From an uncultured virus (IMG/VR IMGVR_UViG_3300031416_000004) (taxonomy: Duplodnaviria > Heunggongvirae > Uroviricota > Caudoviricetes), in the IMG/VR virus record IMGVR_UViG_3300031416_000004: DNA of 64,000 bases; one strand, given 5' to 3'. The first letter of the stretch is position 1. Each line of letters opens with the position of its first letter. Position numbers and translations under genes: made by a program. Shown in pieces: positions 1 through 9,276 of this stretch. The notes beneath the pieces were generated by a model. It searched no databases. It saw only the letters and a list, made by a program, of their open reading frames with translations, and had not been told where the DNA came from.

Positions 1-129
1 GGCAACAGCGGTCCCCGCTACTACGAGCCACCACCGCCGCCCCGCCCACGCTGCTGGTTCGAAGACCGCCGCGTTCCCAATTCCTATGATGGCGGCTGGC
101 ACACCGAAAGCATGCGGGTCTGCGACTGA
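1..129 (+). CDS. 3' end of a small proline-rich host protein (partial)
   Basis: Open frame GNSGPRYYEPPPPPRPRCWFEDRRVPNSYDGGWHTESMRVCD* running in from the window edge; lies outside the putative att site. Confidence 0.6.
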   Translation, partial: GNSGPRYYEPPPPPRPRCWFEDRRVPNSYDGGWHTESMRVCD

Positions 130-284
130 CCCCATAGCTGAAAATCCGTAATGAACAATCCGATCAGTCTGAATGGCTGGTCGGATTTTTTGTTGGATGA
201 GCAAAACCAAGGAATGCGCAATGATCGATGATGTGTCGACTTGCTATACGGAATCGCACCAACCCGTTCAAAATATAAGGAAAA

Positions 285-300
285 TGGTGGGCCCGGAGGA
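285..300 (-). other. Putative prophage attachment site (displaced tRNA 3' end)
   Basis: Minus strand reads TCCTCCGGGCCCACCA, a tRNA acceptor-stem 3' strand plus CCA with no tRNA body upstream; lies between host-like and phage genes. Confidence 0.6.
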
Positions 301-368
301 AACCATGGAGCATTGAAAACATTGCGTGATTTCGAATTAATGCCGATCGTTCCAACAGGATTCCAACA

Positions 369-1124
369 TCATCGTTTTGCTTTGCTGGACTGGATTACGC
401 CTTCAATATTGGTGAAGTCCACGATCTCCGGAATCTCCTTGTTACCGACGATAAGCCGATCCGCCACAAATTCGCAATCGATTTCGGTGTACTCGCCGCG
501 AACCTTGCCCTCATCGTTCATGATCGTGTCTGGCACGTTGAAGAAGCGGTAAACAGTGGGTGTGTCCGTGGGTATAACGATGATGGCCGCACCGACCTGT
601 AACGGCAGGGAGACTTTGAAAACACCTGATGAAGATCCTGGACGCGCAGCAACTGTCTTCCTTCTCCCCTTAACAATCGTGTCAAGATCGATTCCGACCC
701 CTCCTTCATCGGGAAAAGCAACGGATCCACCGGCCAATTGGATTTGTGCGGCTACCATGTTTGCGGCGCCGCTTGCGAGAATATTGCGCGATTTCTTTTC
801 GCTGACTGTGATGTTCGGCGTCGAACCGATCGCGAGCCACGCCTCATCAACACCGAGAGCACGGGCCACGAGAGACATCATTTTCGGTTTTGGTTTGGCC
901 TCACCGGCGAACCACTTACGCACCGCTTCTCTGCTAACGGGTTCATTGAATTGCGCTTCGAGCTGGTTCTTCAGCCAAATTTGGCGACCGTGGGCGGCCG
1001 GCGCCTGCGGTGAGTTTTCACAGGCAATTCCGAGCCGTTTGGCAAAGTCTTTGTGCCGGATCACCGCATGAGATTGGGTGGAATTTGTCTTACCAGTGAT
1101 GACTATCATTCGCTGCGACCTCAT
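369..1124 (-). CDS. XRE/Cro-CI-type HTH regulator, probable prophage repressor
   Basis: HTH-like VSREAVRKWFAGEAKPKPKMMSLVARALGVDEAWL; next to att; operator-like sites upstream; no obvious S24 peptidase domain. Confidence 0.75.
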   Translation of the reverse strand: MRSQRMIVITGKTNSTQSHAVIRHKDFAKRLGIACENSPQAPAAHGRQIWLKNQLEAQFNEPVSREAVRKWFAGEAKPKPKMMSLVARALGVDEAWLAIGSTPNITVSEKKSRNILASGAANMVAAQIQLAGGSVAFPDEGGVGIDLDTIVKGRRKTVAARPGSSSGVFKVSLPLQVGAAIIVIPTDTPTVYRFFNVPDTIMNDEGKVRGEYTEIDCEFVADRLIVGNKEIPEIVDFTNIEGVIQSSKAKR

Positions 1125-1218
1125 TAATCAAGAACTGGTTGATAAATGAGCGCTTACCGCGAGAAAGTCAACAAACAGTCCCGCAATCAACTAAATGGTT
1201 GTATTTCCTAGTTAATAT

Positions 1219-2823
1219 CTAAACTTTTAATCTAATTCTAACTGCATCCATAATCTCGTCTTGCGTGACCCCCTTGGTGCGCAGCGTCTCATACTGCACC
1301 TCATCCATGGTGTTTTTCGCCATGATTACATGAATGAAAACAGAAGGGTTAGGCTGGCCGGGGCGGGCCAGGCGCCGGTTGAACTGGTCCCACAATTCGA
1401 GCGACCAGGTGAGCCCGTACCACACCTGAATGAAGCCACCGTACTGCAGGTTTAGACCGTGTGCCATTGAAGCCGGATGTGAAACACCCATCTGGATCTT
1501 GCCGGTGTTCCACTTCTTGACGAAATTCGGTTCCTCATCGAAGAAAACCGCCTTGGGAAACTTTTTGCGGATTCGCTCTTTGTCGAACTTGAAGCTGTAT
1601 GCCACCAGCATGTTCTGACCGGCAGACTCTTCGACGATGCTCTCAAGTTCCTTAATCTTCGCATCATGAACGTGGATTGTTTCACGGACAGGCGGATAGA
1701 CATCTTCGTCAGTCCGATAGAGCGAGCCGTTGGCGAATTGGAGCAGCTTGTTTGTCAGCACCCCGCGGGAGACCGCTTCCACGTCGTAGCTCTCGGCAAC
1801 CAGAGTCTTCTCAAAATCCCTGTATTGTTTCATGTGCTTTGGTGCGAGGGTAACGAAACGAGGATTGAATATCTGCGGCGGCAGATCAATGTAGTCCTGT
1901 GATCGAAGGCTGATCATGCAATCCTTCATCAGACCCATGATCTTGTCCTTGGCACCCTCTTTTGGCGTTATCTTTTTCGAGAACGGGTTCTTATCGAAGA
2001 ATTTGTTCTCGAAACGGGTCTTGTTGACGCCAAGGCGCTCGCCTTGATCCATCAGGTACGCCTGCCCGCCAAGGTCATGAACTCCGTTCGGTGATGGTGT
2101 CCCGCTTAGCTCGATTACGCGCTCCATCTTTTTGCGGGCTTGCGCGAGCACGCCGAATTCCGTCAGGTTCGGTTTGACGCGGATTTTCTCACCGGTCTTG
2201 GGGTCTTTCTTTTTGCTTGGCGTGCGGAAAGTAAACCCCTTCAATCGGCTGGATTCGTCATAGACTAGGATTTGCCAGCGCCAGCCGGCATCGCCCCCGA
2301 TCGTTTCCCACAGCCATTGCAGGTTCTCACGATTGATGATCGTCAGGTCGGCGTCGACGGCCAGAGCGGCCATTCGTTGAGCAGCATCGCCGACGACGAC
2401 GGTGTATGTCATGTCCTGCAGGTGCTCCCACTCGCCGACTTCCGTGGGCCAAGTTTCCTCTGCGACCTTCAGTGGCGCGACAACCAGGCACCGCCAGTTG
2501 GTGTTCTTGCGCAGCAGACGGCGCACGCCGGTCAGCGTTGCACCGGTCTTGCCCAAGCTCATTTCGGCCGCGCCAAGAAGGTACTCGCGCTGCTCGATCT
2601 CGTCGGCCAGATACCTCTGGTACGATCGGAGCATGGACTCAGGGCGCAACCCCGTTATTGGCTTACCGATATCGGCAACTACTTCCAAAATGGAAGGGGT
2701 TTCGATCAGGCCAAACGAGCGAAGATAGAGATCGAGAGCGGCAGTCGTCTCGAATTTCCGGACAACCGGTATCGCGACGAACGATTGCCTGTAGATTTCA
2801 AATGGTGTCAGGGTCGTGAGCAT
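1219..2823 (-). CDS. SNF2-like superfamily 2 helicase
   Basis: MSLGKT (Walker A), YDESS (Walker B), SGTP, HGLNLQ, QFNRRLARPGQ motifs. Confidence 0.9.
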   Translation of the reverse strand: MLTTLTPFEIYRQSFVAIPVVRKFETTAALDLYLRSFGLIETPSILEVVADIGKPITGLRPESMLRSYQRYLADEIEQREYLLGAAEMSLGKTGATLTGVRRLLRKNTNWRCLVVAPLKVAEETWPTEVGEWEHLQDMTYTVVVGDAAQRMAALAVDADLTIINRENLQWLWETIGGDAGWRWQILVYDESSRLKGFTFRTPSKKKDPKTGEKIRVKPNLTEFGVLAQARKKMERVIELSGTPSPNGVHDLGGQAYLMDQGERLGVNKTRFENKFFDKNPFSKKITPKEGAKDKIMGLMKDCMISLRSQDYIDLPPQIFNPRFVTLAPKHMKQYRDFEKTLVAESYDVEAVSRGVLTNKLLQFANGSLYRTDEDVYPPVRETIHVHDAKIKELESIVEESAGQNMLVAYSFKFDKERIRKKFPKAVFFDEEPNFVKKWNTGKIQMGVSHPASMAHGLNLQYGGFIQVWYGLTWSLELWDQFNRRLARPGQPNPSVFIHVIMAKNTMDEVQYETLRTKGVTQDEIMDAVRIRLKV

Positions 2824-3085
2824 CGAGAACGCGCTTCCCTTCTGCCAAATTATCGACAACGTAGACGTTCGCCCCTTTTGCTCTCAGACGCTTGTGCTCG
2901 CGCTGCTGCTGAATACGGGCGTCATCACCGAGCTTCTTGGCCTCGATGAGCACCCACACCCCGCCCTTGAGAAACCAGAGGTCCGGTGAACCGCGGCGCG
3001 CCTGGTACACGACTTTGCGGACCAGCCATCCGGTGGACTTACCGTAATCAACCAGGGGGTTCTGAACGTCGGAGAATTCAGCCAA
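2798..3085 (-). CDS. VRR-NUC domain nuclease
   Basis: GSPD...IEAK...Q...H pattern; typical position upstream of the helicase; TTG start inferred after GAGGTG RBS. Confidence 0.85.
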   Translation of the reverse strand: MAEFSDVQNPLVDYGKSTGWLVRKVVYQARRGSPDLWFLKGGVWVLIEAKKLGDDARIQQQREHKRLRAKGANVYVVDNLAEGKRVLDAHDPDTI

Positions 3086-3500
3086 GGGCACGCACCTCGA
3101 CACCGGCTTCCTTGAACATCGCCGTAGACGCTTCGATTTCGTCGCCAAGCGCCTGAAAGGTTCCACCGCCGAACACAACACGTTTGATGCCGGCTTGGAT
3201 CAATGTTCGAGTGCAGGCGGCGCAAGGGTGATGGGTCGTGTAGACGGTGCAACCTTCTGTGGGGATGCCTGCTCGCGCAGCGAAAGCGACAAGGTTAGCT
3301 TCCCCATGAGATGCAAACAGGTACTTTGTCGGACGCTTACGGCGTTCATCACTCTCGTGGACGCCGATCGGTGGGCCGTTGAAACCGGTAAGGCGCACTT
3401 CGCGGTTGGGCCCGACGAGGACGGCGCCGACCTGCGTGCTGTCTTTCGATTTTTTGGCGGCGTGCTCGGCAAACCCTAGCAAATATTCATCCCAATTCAC
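3078..3500 (-). CDS. dCMP deaminase
   Basis: SKD..TQVGA, GFNG, HGEAN and PCAAC zinc-deaminase motifs. Confidence 0.9.
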   Translation of the reverse strand: MNWDEYLLGFAEHAAKKSKDSTQVGAVLVGPNREVRLTGFNGPPIGVHESDERRKRPTKYLFASHGEANLVAFAARAGIPTEGCTVYTTHHPCAACTRTLIQAGIKRVVFGGGTFQALGDEIEASTAMFKEAGVEVRALG

Positions 3501-3503
3501 TGG

Positions 3504-4532
3504 CTACTCCACAAATGGTTGATTATCCGAGAACGTCTTCAAATAGAGTTGCAGCGGCTTCGAGATCGAGCGTTTCGTGTTCGAGCGTGGCTTCGATGAA
3601 CTCCCTCGTGGCTTCCGCGTCGACCGCGTTACCATAGGCGCGCAATCGTCCCACTCGGGAGGCAGCGCCATGAGCCAGCGGGAATGTGCCGGGTTCAACT
3701 GGCCGCCACCGTCCATCCCGGCAAAAGAGCCAATCAGCATCTCGCCAGAAGCCGTTAGTCGGGCCGGTTCCGACAAATTCTGCATCAACTGTTGCGGACC
3801 CATTTCGTCCTTGCGATCCCCGCCGCGAGACCTGAAGTTGTCCGTCGTGGGTGTCTGCCATCCCGCTAGTTGAGCCTGCTCGCAGTGATAAAGAGGCACT
3901 GTCGTTTGCCCCTGTTCTTCCAAGCGTTTTTTCGCCAGCTTTTCGATAATCTCCGGACTTCTCTCCCGTTCCGCAACAGTCGGGGTCGACCAGCCCGCCA
4001 ATTTCGGATTGCCCCTTACCGGATCGAAGTAGTCTATCGCTTCCGTTGTCATGGAAACCTGAGTTCCCTTCTTCCCATTCCATCTGTTCTGGTATCCAAG
4101 TCGAGCTTCGTGCGCCATCGGTGTTGACCATCCGCTGAGACTGACGGCATCCGCCAAATTCAGACCGAACCCCTTCGCCTTGCGCGCTTCCGGCGTCTCG
4201 CCCTTGCCATGGTTCGTGACGGTCGCTGTCGGCCAGCCGGCGAGCGAGCTTACTGTCACCGAGTCCGATGTCCGCGGCGTCGGATAGCCCGCCTGAGGAA
4301 GATCGAAGATCGTAGGCGTGGAATCGGAGCCGCTGGCGGATGTGCGGTGCGCCGACGCTCGCACTGCAGGTATCAACCGCCCCGAAGGCGTAGCCCGTTC
4401 CTTCCATGTCAGTTTGTACAATATCGAGCCAAGCAAGTCCGTCCTTGCTTGCAACCTGCTCGCCATAGATTTTTGCAGGGCGGCGCTCTCGGATGAGGTG
4501 GTGGGCGTGAGGCCATAAGTGCCGCTCGTCAT
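3504..4532 (-). CDS. Nested out-of-frame ORF, probable beta subunit of the C5 methyltransferase
   Basis: Long alternative frame, ATG 4532 preceded by AAGGAG; five G[WY]xT[PA] modules; motif IX-like [16 protein letters not shown]. Confidence 0.7.
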   Translation of the reverse strand: MTSGTYGLTPTTSSESAALQKSMASRLQARTDLLGSILYKLTWKERATPSGRLIPAVRASAHRTSASGSDSTPTIFDLPQAGYPTPRTSDSVTVSSLAGWPTATVTNHGKGETPEARKAKGFGLNLADAVSLSGWSTPMAHEARLGYQNRWNGKKGTQVSMTTEAIDYFDPVRGNPKLAGWSTPTVAERERSPEIIEKLAKKRLEEQGQTTVPLYHCEQAQLAGWQTPTTDNFRSRGGDRKDEMGPQQLMQNLSEPARLTASGEMLIGSFAGMDGGGQLNPAHSRWLMALPPEWDDCAPMVTRSTRKPRGSSSKPRSNTKRSISKPLQLYLKTFSDNQPFVE

Positions 4533-4830
4533 CCACCCCTGCTCCTTTGCCTGCCGCGCTGAAAGGTTGGCAGGGGCACGAGAGGGACCAAAGCGCAGTA
4601 TCATCCGAGACGCCAGCGCGACGGAAGGCGTAACTCCAAACTCCGATGCCAGCGAAAAGATGAACCTGTCGAAATCCTCGATAGTCATCTGGTCGCACAT
4701 CGACGATGCTACGTCGATCGACAATGCCGTTTGCAATAAGTCCAGCGGCAATGAGGTTTTCGAGCCAGTCGGCGGCGTATTCGTCAAATTCATTATAGAC
4801 CGCCCATGGCGTTGTGTGGATGTAAGTCAT
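3523..4830 (-). CDS. C5-cytosine DNA methyltransferase, large (alpha) subunit
   Basis: Motif I LFAGIG, IV PCQPFS, VI EQV, VIII HIRQR, X RAYGNAV; motif IX not seen in this frame. Confidence 0.88.
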   Translation of the reverse strand: MTYIHTTPWAVYNEFDEYAADWLENLIAAGLIANGIVDRRSIVDVRPDDYRGFRQVHLFAGIGVWSYAFRRAGVSDDTALWSLSCPCQPFSAAGKGAGVDDERHLWPHAHHLIRERRPAKIYGEQVASKDGLAWLDIVQTDMEGTGYAFGAVDTCSASVGAPHIRQRLRFHAYDLRSSSGGLSDAADIGLGDSKLARRLADSDRHEPWQGRDAGSAQGEGVRSEFGGCRQSQRMVNTDGARSSTWIPEQMEWEEGNSGFHDNGSDRLLRSGKGQSEIGGLVDPDCCGTGEKSGDYRKAGEKTLGRTGANDSASLSLRAGSTSGMADTHDGQLQVSRRGSQGRNGSATVDAEFVGTGPTNGFWRDADWLFCRDGRWRPVEPGTFPLAHGAASRVGRLRAYGNAVDAEATREFIEATLEHETLDLEAAATLFEDVLG

Positions 4831-4837
4831 GTGCGGA

Positions 4838-6958
4838 TTATCCACAAATAGTTGATTTTGTAAACGACGAAAGATAGAGATCGAGCGCTGTTTCTCGCTT
4901 TCCCCATCCCATGTTCCTGAGAATTTCGTAGGCTTCTTCGATGTAACGGTCATGATCCACGTCCGCAGGCACAACAAGATCATCCGGCAGCGTCATGATG
5001 GGCCGACAGCCATCTGACCTTGACACCTTGGCGCGGTTCCCTGTCTTGGCGTGCGGCTTGCCGCGCATGATCGGAGCACCGTCCTTCGCCCAATAGAAGC
5101 GCACGGTTTTACCGAGATATTGACCATTCCAGTCGCCACCGCCCTTGGCTTTGATGACACGAACGAAACCACGCACGTCAGGATAATTCCTGATGAAGTC
5201 TTCAATCGGAATCCCGTCGACAAGGAACGCCAGGATCGCGTCACCGCACACCGTCATGTTGGGATTCTTTTTCATCTGCTCGAACGACGGGCTATATTCC
5301 GGCGAGTCCTTCATCAGGAATTTACTCAAGCCTTCGTGTTCGATCCTCGCCAAGAGAGGGTCGTCTTCCTTCAGTTTGTTCCGCCAGTGGTTTGCAATGT
5401 ACCCCTTGCGCTTGGCCTTACCATCGGGCTTGATCGCCAGGTAGAAATTGACATCCCGATTATAGATCGCCTTGTATTCGGCACCTTCGAGGATGAAGCT
5501 TGTCGTGTTCTCCCACCACTCGATGAGTTCTTTGAGGAACCCGCCTGCCGGCCGGTCACCCTTCATGCCTTCATACAGGTGGCGCGGGATCTTCATCACG
5601 ACACCATCAGTGTTTGCCGACACGATCCGGATGCCGGCAAGTTCTGCGCGCTCGATCAGCATCAACAATGTTAGCTGACCGGTCAGCGTCGTAGCAATCA
5701 TCAGGTGTGGAGCAAACAGAACGCTGTAACGGCTCCCGAGCTTGCCATATGGACCGTTCAGACCAACCTTTCGGCCATCCGACCGAACCTTGAAGAATAG
5801 TTCTTTCTCGCGGTCGCCGGCATCACGAGCGTCGTTTGAACGCTTCTTGTCTGCCATGCGCTCGGCTTTAATGCCGCCGTAGACAGGCTGGAATTTTGGG
5901 CCGACCGCTTTCGGGTAAAGGCCAAGCTTTAGGATGATCGAAGGGTACTGAGAGCCCACGTCGAAGTCGACAAGCTGCCAATCGTCATCCGACGCTTCGA
6001 CACGACACTTTTCCTGCGAATGCAGTCCGCCGATGCCTAGCTTGTAGGTGGACTGGCCGATCTCAATCTTGAATTTCTTGAACTCGTCAGGGAACGGCAC
6101 GGAGCCGGTATCTGTGACCTCAATATCAGTCTCTCGAATGACCTTCAAAACGTTCTGTAGCAGCGGCGTTTTGAACTCTATGAAGTCGGGAACTTCGTAT
6201 CGGAACCGATAGCCGCCTTTGAATTCACTTTTCTGGATCTGCTTTTTGATCAGACGTTCCACGCCGATCTTGATCATGCGCTCGCCGGTCTGTGCATCCG
6301 ACAGCGACCGAGCATCAATGCCGTAAATCTCGCCAATCGACTCGCGAAGTTCGAGCGCCTGCGAGCAATGCGAATAGAGGGTCGCGGTCGCAGGGCAGTC
6401 CGAATTTCGGCAATAGTCGTTCAGTACGTCCATCTCGTCGTGGGTGAGATCGGCGTCAGGGTCTACGGGAAGGTCTTGGAGCCGCTTTGCGTGCAGGCGA
6501 CCGGCAAGCGTCTTGAGGCTCGCGCTGCCGGAGGCGAAAACGTTCTCCTGCTCGTCGTCATCATCGGCACCGGTTCCCACGGAGGGGTTGGTGTCGAAAA
6601 GATCGATGTGATCCACGTAGGACGGAACGACGATGCCGAACTCGCGCTCGCAGTCCCACGGTTTCTTCCGCTTTTTGATAATCCAGTCAGAGAGTGCTTT
6701 CAGGTCCGCGTTGCTCGCGCCATTGAGCGCGTACAACAGAACCATCATGTCGTAGTCTCTCGAATTGAAGCCGACTACGGTGTATTTCTTGAGAATGCGC
6801 CTCACGCGCAGCGGATCGAAATCAGCGCGATCACTGCGTTCATAGCCGATTGACCGGCCGTCCAGCGTCAGGAATGCCACGTAGAAATAATTCCGGTAGC
6901 ATTCCAAGTCGAAGAAGGCGACTGGACGTTCGGTCTTGGTCGTGACTTCTTTGGCCAT
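4838..6958 (-). CDS. Family B-type DNA polymerase with 3'-5' exonuclease
   Basis: ExoI FDLEC, FNSRDYD, motif A DFDVGSQYPS, motif B KVGLNGPYG, motif C NTDG. Confidence 0.88.
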   Translation of the reverse strand: MAKEVTTKTERPVAFFDLECYRNYFYVAFLTLDGRSIGYERSDRADFDPLRVRRILKKYTVVGFNSRDYDMMVLLYALNGASNADLKALSDWIIKKRKKPWDCEREFGIVVPSYVDHIDLFDTNPSVGTGADDDDEQENVFASGSASLKTLAGRLHAKRLQDLPVDPDADLTHDEMDVLNDYCRNSDCPATATLYSHCSQALELRESIGEIYGIDARSLSDAQTGERMIKIGVERLIKKQIQKSEFKGGYRFRYEVPDFIEFKTPLLQNVLKVIRETDIEVTDTGSVPFPDEFKKFKIEIGQSTYKLGIGGLHSQEKCRVEASDDDWQLVDFDVGSQYPSIILKLGLYPKAVGPKFQPVYGGIKAERMADKKRSNDARDAGDREKELFFKVRSDGRKVGLNGPYGKLGSRYSVLFAPHLMIATTLTGQLTLLMLIERAELAGIRIVSANTDGVVMKIPRHLYEGMKGDRPAGGFLKELIEWWENTTSFILEGAEYKAIYNRDVNFYLAIKPDGKAKRKGYIANHWRNKLKEDDPLLARIEHEGLSKFLMKDSPEYSPSFEQMKKNPNMTVCGDAILAFLVDGIPIEDFIRNYPDVRGFVRVIKAKGGGDWNGQYLGKTVRFYWAKDGAPIMRGKPHAKTGNRAKVSRSDGCRPIMTLPDDLVVPADVDHDRYIEEAYEILRNMGWGKRETALDLYLSSFTKSTICG

Positions 6959-7023
6959 CAAGCACTCTAACATCAACAAATTGTGGATTTACAGGGCGCA
7001 GTTAAGCGCCCTGTAAGGTGACA

Positions 7024-7707
7024 TCAGATGTCTTCATCATCGTCGATAGAGGGTGCCTTCTTATTGGCTGGCTTGCCGCCGAGATCATCATCGTCATCGT
7101 CGTCGCCGAGGTTTTCAATTTCGTCGTCGTCGATGCCGCCACCGGCAAATTCCTCACCCTTCTTGAAATACTGAAGGGCATCGAGAGTGGTGAAGATGCC
7201 GTTGCCGCCCTTATCCTTCGCCTTGATGGCGTAGAGGTGGAAATAGGCGATCGCATAGTAACCCGAGCGAAAAAGGTCTTCACCTTCGTCCTCGATGTCA
7301 ATGTCCTCGCCGCGGCGATTTTTGTATTTCGGCTTCCGGTCGTTGGTCAGGCGCAGATAGCGCATGCCCTCGTATCCATCACGAACATCACCGTCGTCGG
7401 TGACATACTTGTCGCCATCGAACAGCGGCCAGCGGCCTTTCGGACCGTCGCCCATTGCACTCTTGAGATTTGCGAGCTCCTTGCCAGGCCATTCCTTGGC
7501 GCACAGGTTACGAATTGCTTCGTTGATCACCTTTACGCTGGCCTTGCCGTCTTCCGTAGTTGGATCGATCAAGCCGTTGGTGCGATATTTCAGTTTTGCA
7601 CCCTCAGTGTTCGAAGAAGCTGTCTTCGCGAAGCCCTTAAAGTAGCTGAGACGCACCATGACTTTGATGGTGCCCTTTTCTGCGTTGAATGATGGTTTGA
7701 ATCCCAT
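7024..7707 (-). CDS. ssDNA-binding protein (DUF2815/gp2.5-like)
   Basis: VRLSY, DGD, SGYY, NGIFTTLDALQYFKKGE pattern; very acidic C-terminal tail; synteny. Confidence 0.8.
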   Translation of the reverse strand: MGFKPSFNAEKGTIKVMVRLSYFKGFAKTASSNTEGAKLKYRTNGLIDPTTEDGKASVKVINEAIRNLCAKEWPGKELANLKSAMGDGPKGRWPLFDGDKYVTDDGDVRDGYEGMRYLRLTNDRKPKYKNRRGEDIDIEDEGEDLFRSGYYAIAYFHLYAIKAKDKGGNGIFTTLDALQYFKKGEEFAGGGIDDDEIENLGDDDDDDDLGGKPANKKAPSIDDDEDI

Positions 7708-7752
7708 TTGAACAGTTTCCCTTTTTGCGTCAGACGATGAAACGACTGCTAT

Positions 7753-8997
7753 TCAGTCGTCGAAATCTCCAAAATCCTCGTCGAGGTTTTCGAAGTCTGT
7801 GGTGACCAGAAGCGCTGGCCGCGCATCCTCGATCGAGACGATCGAAGGAGTGGGTTCGCCGCCGACAACAAAATCCCTGGGGAACTTCCCCTTACCAACG
7901 ATTTTGTCCAGCATTGCGGGAGTTCTCAACTTTTTGATGATTATCTGGTCGTCTTTAAAGCCGTTCTTCTTCAACCAGGCTTCCGACTGTTCTTCATCCG
8001 CGTGCTTGCGGTTCGAACGCCGGCCGGCGACAATCTTTAGCCCGTATTTCTCACCGTCGCCGGTCCGCACGTCTGCAGCGACGGAAGCTTCCACGCGGGT
8101 GAGGAACTGACGGGCGAGAGACAAATGGTCATAAATGGCCTTTTTACGGGCTGTCGTGAGACCTTCCACGTCAGGAAAGGTGATCTCCACGCCGAAGTCC
8201 TCGTACTCGTCAAGATTTTCGAACTCGATACCGGAAAATTCTAGTGCCCACGCCTCATATTCAGGACAGGCACCTTCCACCTTCGCGGCAGGACACCAGG
8301 TGCAACCGTCCTTTGAGGGTATGCACGGAGCATTAGGATCAAACGTCAGCTTGGCCCGCTCACGGATCTCGGCAGCCTTCGCCCGCAGTTCCTTGATAGA
8401 GATGACCCACTCACCGCCGCCGCGTCCGTTTCTCGGTTGATCGATGATTATCCGGACGCGCTTGATATGAGGATGGGTATCTTTGATCTGCTCCCATAGC
8501 GCATCGAAGTAGATGATCTGCTGCGTGTTCCCGACAGCTTCAACCGGAATGCCTTTTCCGTATTTCAGATCGGACTGAACAGCCTCATCACCTTCGTCCG
8601 GACCGGGAATAACAGCGCAATCGAGTGTGCCCCTTTGGGGTTCACCGTGGTCGTTAAGACCGGTGATGTGCGTTATGTCGACACGGCTTTCGATGATCAT
8701 CTTGCCGGGAAACTCGCGGATGCGATCGATCCCTGGCTGCAGGGCATCTGCCATGTCCTCGTCGCAGATATAGAGAACCCCGTTCACCTGCACTTCAGTA
8801 CCGACAAAATCATGGGCATCCAAACCGACGCTCAGTGCCAGTTCTCGTATGAGATGAGCAGCGGTGCCTTCATCGGCAGCCGTGTTAATGCGCCCGTCAT
8901 CCCTGTCCAGACCGAGCTTCTTGCAACGGTTCAATGCACCGGGACAGGTGGTCCACCGTTTGCTGTCAGATGGAGAATTTCGGGCGTGTCCTGCCAA
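7753..8997 (-). CDS. DUF2800 / Cas4-like PD-(D/E)XK nuclease
   Basis: HARNSPS..RW..CP, EGTAAH, GTLD, DLKYG, C..CP...C; TTG start inferred after AAGGA. Confidence 0.85.
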   Translation of the reverse strand: MAGHARNSPSDSKRWTTCPGALNRCKKLGLDRDDGRINTAADEGTAAHLIRELALSVGLDAHDFVGTEVQVNGVLYICDEDMADALQPGIDRIREFPGKMIIESRVDITHITGLNDHGEPQRGTLDCAVIPGPDEGDEAVQSDLKYGKGIPVEAVGNTQQIIYFDALWEQIKDTHPHIKRVRIIIDQPRNGRGGGEWVISIKELRAKAAEIRERAKLTFDPNAPCIPSKDGCTWCPAAKVEGACPEYEAWALEFSGIEFENLDEYEDFGVEITFPDVEGLTTARKKAIYDHLSLARQFLTRVEASVAADVRTGDGEKYGLKIVAGRRSNRKHADEEQSEAWLKKNGFKDDQIIIKKLRTPAMLDKIVGKGKFPRDFVVGGEPTPSIVSIEDARPALLVTTDFENLDEDFGDFDD

Positions 8998-9011
8998 TGT
9001 CTCATCCTTGT

Positions 9012-9247
9012 GAGACCGTTTTGAAGGAAGTCGATTGGGATGGCCCGACTGAACGGCTAAACCAAACCCTATTCCCCACATGGAACCGGTGATGTGGCAC
9101 TGGCCGACTTCCCTCAAAACGATCTCTTGTTATCGTGGATCATTTCAAAGGACGCTCAACGGCAGAGGTTGAACCGTTTCAGGGGAGACTGAACACCGGG
9201 GGGAAAGCGGTGGAGCGTCCTTTGAAATGATCCCGGCCCGAAGGCCG
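9012..9247 (-). ncRNA. Candidate structured RNA: two long stems each enclosing a multi-hairpin domain
   Basis: Inverted repeats 9012-9033/9105-9126 (mismatches are G-U on the minus strand) and perfect 9137-9157/9213-9233; UUCG hairpin 9234-9247. Confidence 0.6.
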
Positions 9248-9276
9248 AGACCACTTTTTCGCCTTGGGAGGCTTGA

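Noticed and set aside
285..360. Intact tRNA gene
   Set aside because: Only the 3' acceptor strand and CCA are present
6989..7016. Terminator between SSB and polymerase
   Set aside because: 11-bp hairpin without a U-tract; more likely an mRNA stability or attenuation element
7753..8997. Cas4 as part of a CRISPR system
   Set aside because: Standard DUF2800 phage nuclease in a replication module
9137..9233. tRNA gene in the cloverleaf-like element
   Set aside because: No CCA end or D-loop consensus and a 21-bp closing stem; kept as unknown structured RNA
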